Counted from the first letter of the stretch, positions 31,787 to 39,228 are shown. The stretch: DNA of 64,000 bases from Acutalibacteraceae bacterium (GCA_045577835.1 JAZNJD010000053.1:1252-65251); one strand, 5' to 3'. The notes: generated by a model not told the origin, from the letters alone. Numbers and translations: made by a program.

Positions 31787-32962
31787 TTAGTTAACTGTTA
31801 CACAGGCTGCATCGGTTTCGGTATAAGCAATACCATCAATGATTATACGAACAAAGAAGTAGTGTGTACCCGAGCTTAAATCCTTTGGAATAGTAAAGGT
31901 GTTTTTATTAGCACCCGCTACCTTTACAGCACCGTTTTTGTTTTCATCCTTACAGCTATACCACTGATAAGATAAAGTAGCATCTGAGGTAGCAGTTACA
32001 GAAAGCTCTTCATTAATGCTTCCCTCAGTGACAACTACATCACTTGGTGAAGATGTGATGCTTACCGCAGGGGAAAGCCAAGCCCAAATAGTATCAAGAC
32101 CGCTTCCCGATACAAATACATCATAGTAAATTCTGTAATCGAACTTGTATGCATCGGCATCAATATTCTGTTCAGGTGTGAAAATTCTCATCTGCTCGGT
32201 CTTCTTTACAAGATGAGCGCTACGCTTAGGACATACAAGCATATAAATCTCTCTAGCGCTTGACATTGGCTTAAAGCCGCCGGCACCTGAGGTGTTGAAT
32301 GTATACGCTGTCTTCATACGCTCTGAAACAACGGGTAAAAGTGCTACACCGTTCAAAGACTTAACCTTAAGATTTACCTCGCCCTGCTTAAAGTCGGATA
32401 CGGTAATCATACGGGAAATCTCGTTTGAGTTTGAGAGAGCTGCATACATACCGCTATCAAGAAATGCTACTAGCTCCTCATCATAGCCTGCAACACTCTG
32501 TACCTCGTTAATAAGCTTGCAAAGTGCCTCGAATGGCTTTTCAATGTCGCCATCGATAGTGTTAGCTCTTGTGGCCGCAAGACCTGCAAGCTTTGAAAGA
32601 ACATAGGCATCACACTCAGGAACTACCTTTGTTCTTACATACTCACCTAAAATCTTACCTGCAAGGTTTGCAATACCTGTTTCGTCCATATCCTCTCGGT
32701 CAATCTGTAAAGAGCGTGCTCTATCCATAAGCATTGTATAAGAATTGTTGCTCACGGTGATAGCGCCACGGGTGAAACCGGTATCACGGTCATAGTCTGC
32801 AAGGCCCTGAAAATCAACATCGGGAATAATCACGGTCTTAGCGCCTACGAATTTTGTAGCTAGGGCGTTGTCTGCAAAAAAGCCTGTTACGCTCTTTTGC
32901 TCAAACATACGGTCTAGCTCGTCTGAATATCTTACTGCATTTTCTATTGAATTGATTGACAT
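31787..32962 (-). CDS. Phage major capsid protein with C-terminal Ig-like domain
   Basis: 391 aa. The N-terminal 290 aa match the capsid family with FVGAKTVIIPDVDFQGLADYDRDTGF...LQIDREDMDETG. The C-terminal ~95 aa (SITSSPSDVVVTEGS...LSYQWY...GTHYFFV) looks Ig-like. Confidence 0.75.
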   Translation of the reverse strand: MSINSIENAVRYSDELDRMFEQKSVTGFFADNALATKFVGAKTVIIPDVDFQGLADYDRDTGFTRGAITVSNNSYTMLMDRARSLQIDREDMDETGIANLAGKILGEYVRTKVVPECDAYVLSKLAGLAATRANTIDGDIEKPFEALCKLINEVQSVAGYDEELVAFLDSGMYAALSNSNEISRMITVSDFKQGEVNLKVKSLNGVALLPVVSERMKTAYTFNTSGAGGFKPMSSAREIYMLVCPKRSAHLVKKTEQMRIFTPEQNIDADAYKFDYRIYYDVFVSGSGLDTIWAWLSPAVSITSSPSDVVVTEGSINEELSVTATSDATLSYQWYSCKDENKNGAVKVAGANKNTFTIPKDLSSGTHYFFVRIIIDGIAYTETDAACVTVN

Positions 32963-32981
32963 ATAAATTTCTCCTTATATT

Positions 32982-33587
32982 TTAATTTCCCCAAAGTCCC
33001 TTTAAAAAGCGACTTCTTATCGGGTCGAAGCTGCCGTCATCTTTTTTACTTTGTGAGCCTACACTCTGCTTATCGGCTAAAGCTTCTTTTACTTTTTCTT
33101 CACGCTTTTTCTTTGAAAGCTCGTATCTTAAATATTCGTCAAACAAATTTCTGCCATAAAGCTTTGCGTTTTCTAACACCTCATCGGGAACCTTTGAAAT
33201 ATCGTCTATATGCGGGTATGCCGCCTGTAGCTCGTCAAAGCCTATTGCAGTTTGCTTTTTAAAGGCACCTAGATTCGCAATAGCCTCTAGCAAATCTTCT
33301 TTGCTTGAACAACCCTCAATTAAGCCTTTAGCTTTCTTTAGCTCCGCCTCTTTTTCAAGGCCTGTTATGTAATCGGCTGCACTCTTGCCCTCATATTCGG
33401 CAAGTGATTTTATACGCTCAAGCATTGGGCTTACAGCATCAAACTTTAATCCCTTTTGGGCAAGTATCACAGCCTCCTCTAAGGGTATTTCCTTTACCTC
33501 TTTATTAAACTTTACGCTTATTGCCTTCTCCTCACTCGGCTCGTTTTCCGAGTTTTTGAGAGCTTTAATCTCTTTTTCTTTATCCAT
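32982..33587 (-). CDS. Phage scaffolding protein
   Basis: 201 aa, highly charged and helical. Lies immediately upstream of the capsid gene. VKFNKEVKEIPLEEAVILAQKG resembles Firmicute phage scaffold N-termini. Confidence 0.55.
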   Translation of the reverse strand: MDKEKEIKALKNSENEPSEEKAISVKFNKEVKEIPLEEAVILAQKGLKFDAVSPMLERIKSLAEYEGKSAADYITGLEKEAELKKAKGLIEGCSSKEDLLEAIANLGAFKKQTAIGFDELQAAYPHIDDISKVPDEVLENAKLYGRNLFDEYLRYELSKKKREEKVKEALADKQSVGSQSKKDDGSFDPIRSRFLKGLWGN

Positions 33588-33611
33588 TTTTCCTCCTGCG
33601 AATTAAATTTA

Positions 33612-33761
33612 CTAGCTTCCGTCAAACTCTAAAAAGCTTTTATACTCGTTGTCATATTTTTTTATCCTAAAGGGTTTCTTTATCTGTCTATATGCAGACC
33701 TTGAAAAATATCCGAGTATAAAGCCTAGTGCTAAGCCTATAAAAAACATCCGATAAATCAT
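33612..33761 (-). CDS. Unannotated 49-aa single-TM ORF between terL and scaffold
   Basis: Own translation: MIYRMFFIGLALGFILGYFSRSAYRQIKKPFRIKKYDNEYKSFLEFDGS. Its ATG overlaps the terL TGA (ATGA). Below the ORF-track size cutoff. Confidence 0.35.
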   Translation of the reverse strand: MIYRMFFIGLALGFILGYFSRSAYRQIKKPFRIKKYDNEYKSFLEFDGS

Positions 33762-35044
33762 ACATTCCAACCTCCCTTGAATATATCACCGTAGGAGCTC
33801 TTACTACCGTCTTTTAAAGGCTTGAAAAACTTAACATCCTCAAAGGCATACCTTAAAGCATCGCAGAGATGGTTGTCTGTGTCCTTTGGTAGCCTCATTC
33901 CGTTTTCACTTCGCCTGTCGTCGTATACATAGCTTGAAAGCTCCTTTATCATATTGACGCATTTAGGGTCAACAACAATCGTATATTCACAGATTTTAGA
34001 AATGCCGTTTAGTATGCTGTCCGCACCCTTAACCGAGGGGGTTATTCTCTGTATACCGAGACGCTTTAGGTCATCATTTGATTTAGGTTCTGCCGAATCT
34101 GCCCTAATTCGTTCTTTCCTATAGCCTCTATCTATAATCTCCCTTGCAATATCGCAGTTTAACATCCTCTTTTTGTAAAACTCATCGAAAATGTATATCT
34201 TTTTAGAGATTGGATTTACCTTAAAAGCAACAAATGCTGTAGGGTCGTTTGTATAGCCATAATCAAGACCGAAAAAGTTTTTCCAAAGGTGCGCCTCATT
34301 TTCGGGTATCTGAACCCTTCCAACATTCCAGTTTTCATAAACTAGTCCCTCTGAAATTCCCCAGTTTCCAAGTCCTGCCACCTCATATTTTCTTCTGTTT
34401 TCATTCTTCATTCGCTCAAAAATTGCCCTGTCGGTGTCGTCTAAGAATTCATTTGTAAGGTAGTTTGTAGAAAAAACTTCGCAGTTTTTTTGTGTTTTAT
34501 CAAAAAAGCGTTTTTTGAGCCAGTGCGTATCACTCCACGGGTTAAAGGTTATGGTGGTCTGCTTAAATAACGGAGGCGGTATCTTACCCCTCGGCACCGA
34601 AAGGTCCAGCTTATCGAAATCGCCCTCGTCGCCTATTTCAAATGCTTCCTCTATCCACACAAAATTAAGATAGCCTGTTGGCACAGTAGCAGAGGCAAGC
34701 TTTAAAACATCGTCAAAGCCTCTGAAAAGTATCTTTTGTCCTGTCGGCTTGTAGGTCATCTCCATAGGACTTACGGTGTTTGTCCACAGATGTTCAACAC
34801 CGAGTTTACCTTGAGCCCATTTCAGCTGTGCAAAGGTAGAATCCCTATGCGTGTTCATAACCTGCCGCACAACCAAAAGATTACTTCCCTCATACTTCAT
34901 AATGCGGTAGATAAGATTTAGCGCGGTGGTTGTGCTTTTTTTAGAGGCCTTCCCGCCTTTAAGCACTCGGTAACGTGCTTTCGAGCGCCAAAACTCATCA
35001 TAACCCTTGCCAACAATTTTTGAGAGCTTAATCTCCGATGTCAT
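33758..35044 (-). CDS. terL: Phage terminase large subunit (PBSX/XtmB-like family)
   Basis: 428 aa. P-loop region RYRVLKGGKASKKST, Walker B VWIEEAFE, and C-terminal nuclease motif DNHLCDALRYAFED. Confidence 0.88.
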   Translation of the reverse strand: MTSEIKLSKIVGKGYDEFWRSKARYRVLKGGKASKKSTTTALNLIYRIMKYEGSNLLVVRQVMNTHRDSTFAQLKWAQGKLGVEHLWTNTVSPMEMTYKPTGQKILFRGFDDVLKLASATVPTGYLNFVWIEEAFEIGDEGDFDKLDLSVPRGKIPPPLFKQTTITFNPWSDTHWLKKRFFDKTQKNCEVFSTNYLTNEFLDDTDRAIFERMKNENRRKYEVAGLGNWGISEGLVYENWNVGRVQIPENEAHLWKNFFGLDYGYTNDPTAFVAFKVNPISKKIYIFDEFYKKRMLNCDIAREIIDRGYRKERIRADSAEPKSNDDLKRLGIQRITPSVKGADSILNGISKICEYTIVVDPKCVNMIKELSSYVYDDRRSENGMRLPKDTDNHLCDALRYAFEDVKFFKPLKDGSKSSYGDIFKGGWNV

Positions 35045-35294
35045 CTATTATTTTTACTGTCCTTTCCGTATTTAAAGTCTCGTCTTGCGGCAGCATACTT
35101 CGCAGTTCTTTAATGGCACTAAGGTCACCCGATGCAGCTTTTTTGTAGAGTGCTATCGCTATAGCGGCTGTTCTTGTCGGCTTAGTTATCACAAAGCCCT
35201 GTTTTTTGAGCTCTTGCTCCTCCCGCTCTGATAAACCCTCGCCCAAAAGCTTGGAGAGTGAATCCTTTAACCTTTGAGAAGCGTCTTTTTTCAT
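35028..35294 (-). CDS. Short terminase small-subunit-like protein
   Basis: 88 aa. TAAIAIALYKKAASGDLSAIKELRSML resembles the oligomerisation core of TerS proteins. Overlaps terL by 17 nt. No N-terminal HTH-sized domain. Confidence 0.45.
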   Translation of the reverse strand: MKKDASQRLKDSLSKLLGEGLSEREEQELKKQGFVITKPTRTAAIAIALYKKAASGDLSAIKELRSMLPQDETLNTERTVKIIDDIGD

Positions 35295-35444
35295 CTACTT
35301 CAAGGCCTCCTTAAAAGAACCATTTATGTAAAGAACGGCGTCCGGATCACCGTTCGCGTAGTAAAGTAATATATTTACTTGCGACTTTCACCGACCTCTT
35401 GAAAAAGTATAAAAAATGGTGTATAATATTTTGAAAATTAGGAA

Positions 35445-35882
35445 GTGATGAATTTTATGTCAAATTATAAAAAAAGCGCTAAGATTTCCCTTGTGATTAC
35501 ATATATCTTTATGTTTTTGCTTATTGTATTAACAATCGGGCTTCCCTACGGTATAAGTTGGTATGTTGAGATAAAAGGTCGCTCGGCAGACCTTGCGGCT
35601 ATAGTTATGCTCACCTGTTACCCCTGTGTGCCTTTTGCCGCTGTAGCACTTTTCTGCCTTCGCAGATTTTTAAAAAATCTAATAAAGGATACACTTTTTG
35701 AAAGCAATCATCTTCGTGACCTTATATATATTGCTTTTTGCTGTTTGTTTAGCGGAATTATAATGCTGATTGCTGGTATTTTTTATATGCCTTTTTATAT
35801 TTCGGGCGGTGCGGCAGTGTTCTGCGCCCTTATAGTTAAGGTAATTTACGATGCAATGTTAAATCTAAAAGAGAGAGGATAA
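35445..35882 (+). CDS. DUF2975-family membrane protein
   Basis: 145 aa with 4 TM segments. Preceded by a TTGAAA-N17-TATAAT promoter with an extended -10 TG. Confidence 0.55.
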   Translation: MMNFMSNYKKSAKISLVITYIFMFLLIVLTIGLPYGISWYVEIKGRSADLAAIVMLTCYPCVPFAAVALFCLRRFLKNLIKDTLFESNHLRDLIYIAFCCLFSGIIMLIAGIFYMPFYISGGAAVFCALIVKVIYDAMLNLKERG

Positions 35883-35887
35883 ATTTT

Positions 35888-36157
35888 ATGAGAACTGTTG
35901 TTTCGGTTATCGGTAAGGATAGCGTGGGAATTATCGCAAAGGTAAGCGCTATTTGTTCGGCACACGATGTTAATATCGTTGATATAACACAGTCGGTTAT
36001 GCAAAGCGATATTTTTGCGATGGTTATGCTGACAGATGTTTCAAAAGCTAACGACTATAACCACTTTGTTGATACACTAAAGGATTTGGGCAAAGAATTA
36101 AGCCTTGATGTTAGAGTTATGCACGAGGATGTTTTTAACTCTATGCACCGTATATAA
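35888..36157 (+). CDS. ACT-domain protein (UPF0237)
   Basis: 89 aa. VISVIGKDSVGIIAKVS ACT signature. Canonical partner of the following UPF0210 gene. Confidence 0.85.
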   Translation: MRTVVSVIGKDSVGIIAKVSAICSAHDVNIVDITQSVMQSDIFAMVMLTDVSKANDYNHFVDTLKDLGKELSLDVRVMHEDVFNSMHRI

Positions 36158-36169
36158 GAGGTATAAAAA

Positions 36170-37528
36170 ATGCTTAATTTAAAAGACATAATGGAAACGG
36201 TCACAATGTTTGAGCAGGAAAACCTTGATATAAGAACTATCACTATGGGTATTTCTTTGCTTGACTGTGCCGATTCGGACGCAAAGGTAGCTTGCAATAA
36301 AATCTACAACAAAATAACCCGCCTTGCAGGAAACCTGGTTAAGACGGGTTGTGATATAGAAAAGGAATACGGAATTCCTATTATAAACAAAAGAATTTCG
36401 GTAACGCCTATCGCTATGGTAGCAGCGGCTTCGGGAGCTGACCCTGTTTTGTTCGCCCGTACTCTACAGCGTGCCGCTGATGCTACAGGTGTAAACTTTA
36501 TAGGCGGTTATTCTGCACTCGTACATAAAGGCTTTTCTGCAGGCGATAGAGCGCTTATCGAATCTATCCCACAAGCACTTGCAGAAACCACTAATATTTG
36601 CGCATCGGTAAATATTGGCTCTACCAAGTCGGGTATAAATATGGATGCCGTAGCGCTAATGGGTAAAACTGTAAGAGAAGCGGCTATACTCACAAAAGAC
36701 AATAATTGCTTAGGCCCTGCAAAGCTAGTAGTTCTTTGTAATGCGCCTGAGGATAATCCATTTATGGCGGGCGCTTTTCACGGTGTTGGCGAGCCTGACT
36801 GTGTTCTACACGTCGGCGTTTCGGGTCCCGGTGTTGTGCAATCAGCAATAAAGAAATGTCCAAACGGTGACCTTGGCGAAATAGCCGAGGTTATAAAGAA
36901 AACTGCATTTAAAATAACCCGTATGGGTCAGTTAGTAGGTAACGTTGCGTCCTCTAGACTCGGTGTTCCCTTTGGCATAGTTGATCTATCCCTAGCGCCT
37001 ACCCCAGCGGTTGGTGACTCGGTAGCAAGAATACTAGAGGAAATCGGTCTTGAACAGTGCGGTATCCACGGCACCACAGCAGCACTTGCTATGCTTAACG
37101 ATGCGGTTAAAAAGGGTGGCGTTATGGCTTCCTCCTCAGTAGGCGGTCTTTCGGGCGCATTTATTCCTGTATCCGAGGATGCGGGTATGATAGAGGCTGC
37201 AAGAGAAGGCACCCTCACTATCCAAAAGCTAGAGGCTATGACGGCGGTTTGCTCGGTTGGTCTTGATATGATAATTCTCCCCGGCGATACTCCCGAAGAG
37301 GTTATCTCGGCAATAATTGCCGACGAAGCGGCTATCGGTATGGTAAACTCAAAGACCACCGCTGTTAGAGTTATCCCCGCTATCGGCAAGGGTGTTGGCG
37401 AAGAACTAAACTTTGGCGGACTTTTAGGAAGCGGACCTGTTATGGACCTTAACATTACCAAAAGTCCTAAGAAGTTTATTGAGCGTGGCGGCAGAATACC
37501 TGCACCTATGCAAAGCCTTAAAAACTAA
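36170..37528 (+). CDS. UPF0210/DUF711-family protein
   Basis: 452 aa. [11 protein letters not shown]-terminus and the conserved ACT-UPF0210 gene pair. Confidence 0.85.
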   Translation: MLNLKDIMETVTMFEQENLDIRTITMGISLLDCADSDAKVACNKIYNKITRLAGNLVKTGCDIEKEYGIPIINKRISVTPIAMVAAASGADPVLFARTLQRAADATGVNFIGGYSALVHKGFSAGDRALIESIPQALAETTNICASVNIGSTKSGINMDAVALMGKTVREAAILTKDNNCLGPAKLVVLCNAPEDNPFMAGAFHGVGEPDCVLHVGVSGPGVVQSAIKKCPNGDLGEIAEVIKKTAFKITRMGQLVGNVASSRLGVPFGIVDLSLAPTPAVGDSVARILEEIGLEQCGIHGTTAALAMLNDAVKKGGVMASSSVGGLSGAFIPVSEDAGMIEAAREGTLTIQKLEAMTAVCSVGLDMIILPGDTPEEVISAIIADEAAIGMVNSKTTAVRVIPAIGKGVGEELNFGGLLGSGPVMDLNITKSPKKFIERGGRIPAPMQSLKN

Positions 37529-37614
37529 AGTTTTACTTTGTAGGAGACGGCACCTACGATCTCCCGAAAACATAAAAAAGATGTGTGGAAAAGGCGACCT
37601 CTCATAAGGATGAT

Positions 37615-37645
37615 AAAAACCACGATGAATTTCATCGTGGTTTTT
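37615..37645. terminator. Bidirectional intrinsic terminator inside the insert
   Basis: AAAAA-CCACGATGA-ATT-TCATCGTGG-TTTTT, a perfect 9-bp stem. Confidence 0.7.
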
Positions 37646-37736
37646 CTTGTGCATATCTGATAAAACTAGCATCGCATCTGTAAGTACAAACGCTGCTTTT
37701 GGGGTTATCCCCCTTTTTACACCAAAGCAAAAAACA

Positions 37737-37891
37737 AGTGATATTCTGTGCTGCCGCACAGAGTGATATTTTCACTCTGTGAAAGTGATATTACTCCCTC
37801 TGGTCGTAGTGATATTTTATTCGTCCTAAAAACTGTCCGAAGGACAATATCACGATGCGTAAGCATCATATAACTGCAAAGCAATATCACT
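37737..37891. repeat. Iteron-like array of the 9-mer AGTGATATT
   Basis: Exact AGTGATATT at 37737, 37762, 37784 and 37808 (spacing 22-25 bp). One exact inverted copy lies at 37883-37891 and an 8/9 inverted copy at 37846-37853. Confidence 0.8.
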
Positions 37892-37985
37892 CGCCGCAAG
37901 GCGAATAAAACTGCGAGACTTCCCTTAGAGAAGTCTCGCAATCCACACATCTTTAATTTTTTCTAAAACATAATTCGTCTTATTT

Positions 37986-38052
37986 GTAGGGGAGGGGTCT
38001 CCCCTCCCATTCAAGTTTTTTATATTTACGGGAGGCGAAACGCCTCCCCTAC
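37986..38052. repeat. Convergent pair of GTAG-type REP-like hairpins
   Basis: GTAG-GGGAGGGG-TCT-CCCCTCCC (37986-38008) and GGGAGGCG-AAA-CGCCTCCC-CTAC (38030-38052), separated by a 21-nt AT-rich spacer. Confidence 0.65.
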
Positions 38053-38064
38053 GCTGTGAATCTA

Positions 38065-38514
38065 TTATTTATTTTCGATTTGCAAATTCCCCAAATTTAT
38101 AATTTTTATATTTTTCTTAATTGCTTTCTCGACGAATTCATAAGTATTAGAAAATTTATTATCTAAATAACAAATCAAATAATCAGTATTTTGTAACATA
38201 TAGTCATTTCTTTTACATATTGCAAAGCGTGGTGGAGTTTTTGCAACACAGTCAGGAAAAATTGTTTTCACAGTATCATAATATGTAAATTCGTTTTCTC
38301 TATTCAAATATGCCAAAACCACATTTATTTTAATTATATATTTTTTCTCTAGCACACACAACACTTCATATACAAGCCTATCAAAAGCACCCTGTGTCCC
38401 TACATAAAATATATTAACATTTTCCTTAACAATTAAATTTTCAATTTCCAAAAGTAATTTTCCTTTAATACTTTTAGAACAATCCCTATGACCTAAAAAA
38501 GCACAAGCATACAT
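38065..38514 (-). CDS. SLOG/DUF1273-family protein (YpsA-like)
   Basis: 149 aa. The AFLGHRD N-terminus and YVGTQGAFD motif are typical of DUF1273 SLOG proteins. Locally AT-rich. Confidence 0.65.
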   Translation of the reverse strand: MYACAFLGHRDCSKSIKGKLLLEIENLIVKENVNIFYVGTQGAFDRLVYEVLCVLEKKYIIKINVVLAYLNRENEFTYYDTVKTIFPDCVAKTPPRFAICKRNDYMLQNTDYLICYLDNKFSNTYEFVEKAIKKNIKIINLGNLQIENK

Positions 38515-38653
38515 AATATCACCTCATCTATTGAAATATTCCTATCTTACAAAAAGTATAATAGACAAACTTCAGAAAGTCAACTCAAAAGAGGTAATTT
38601 TTACAACTCAAAATGGTTAATATGATTGTAAAGACTATTTTCGAGGTGATATT

Positions 38654-38896
38654 ATGCGTATTGGTGAGGCAGTAAAACAACGAATTATAGATTTGTGTGA
38701 CAAAGAAAATATTACTATAAATAAATTAGCAACTATTTCAGGAATTACCCAATCCACCATTAACAATATCACAGGCGGAAGAAATAATTCTGCAACCGTT
38801 TCGACAATTAAAAAGATTTGTGACGGTTTAGAAATTGGCATCAAGGATTTTTTCAATTCCCCGCTGTTTGATAATTTAGAACAAGAAATCAAGTAG
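38654..38896 (+). CDS. XRE-family HTH transcriptional regulator
   Basis: 80 aa. KLATISGITQSTINNI helix-turn-helix. Confidence 0.8.
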   Translation: MRIGEAVKQRIIDLCDKENITINKLATISGITQSTINNITGGRNNSATVSTIKKICDGLEIGIKDFFNSPLFDNLEQEIK

Positions 38897-38904
38897 GTAT
38901 TAAC

Positions 38905-39132
38905 ATGTTTAATAGAATAAGAGATTTACGGGAAGATAAAGATTTAAACCAAACCGAAGTTGCAAAAATTTTGGGAATGTCACAAACAGGATATTCAAAA
39001 TATGAAACAGGAGAAAACGATATTCCAACCGCAGTTTTAATAAAACTTGCCCGTTTTTATAACACAAGCATTGACTATCTCCTAGGTGAAACAGATTGTA
39101 AAGAATGTTATCCCAAAACAAAAAAATCTTGA
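38905..39132 (+). CDS. XRE-family HTH transcriptional regulator
   Basis: 75 aa. LREDKDLNQTEVAKILGMSQTGYSKYETG. Paralog of the ORF at 51237-51452. Confidence 0.85.
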   Translation: MFNRIRDLREDKDLNQTEVAKILGMSQTGYSKYETGENDIPTAVLIKLARFYNTSIDYLLGETDCKECYPKTKKS

Positions 39133-39162
39133 ATTTTACTATGAAACCCAACCCCATATAAT

Positions 39163-39201
39163 AAAAAGATGTGTGGATTTTTCCACACATCTTTAATTTT
39201 T
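39163..39201. terminator. Bidirectional terminator hairpin (uninterrupted copy of the hairpin split at 37577/37954)
   Basis: AAAGATGTGTGGA-TTTT-TCCACACATCTTT, 13-bp perfect stem, followed by AATTTTT and preceded by an A-run. Confidence 0.75.
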
Positions 39202-39228
39202 ACCAAGTAAAATTGGTTTTTGATTATT

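Larger units (their letters stand above)
37590..37941. other. 352-bp structured insert inside the loop of a terminator-type hairpin (possible MITE-like element or ncRNA locus)
   Basis: Arms AAAGATGTGTGGA (37577-37589) and TCCACACATCTTT (37942-37954) are the same 13-bp arms that form a tight 4-nt-loop hairpin at 39165-39194. The interior has many short hairpins and the AGTGATATT array. Confidence 0.45.

Noticed and set aside
34939-34945. A7 run inside the terL P-loop codons as a phase-variation tract
   Set aside because: The reading frame is intact here, and the run simply encodes Lys-Lys. There is no evidence of slippage from a single sequence.
35445-35882. DUF2975 membrane protein as part of the phage-like module
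   Set aside because: It is on the opposite strand with its own consensus promoter. The family is a common chromosomal membrane protein, and nothing in the sequence links it to the head operon.
37737-37891. Possible CRISPR array
   Set aside because: The repeats are only 9 nt, spaced 22-25 bp, and partly inverted. There are no cas genes in the window, so this is not CRISPR architecture.
37424-37950. Two minus-strand ORFs (111 aa and 77 aa) covering the structured intergenic region
   Set aside because: They span terminator hairpins and the iteron array, have no RBS and give odd, repeat-driven peptides. The region is better explained as non-coding.
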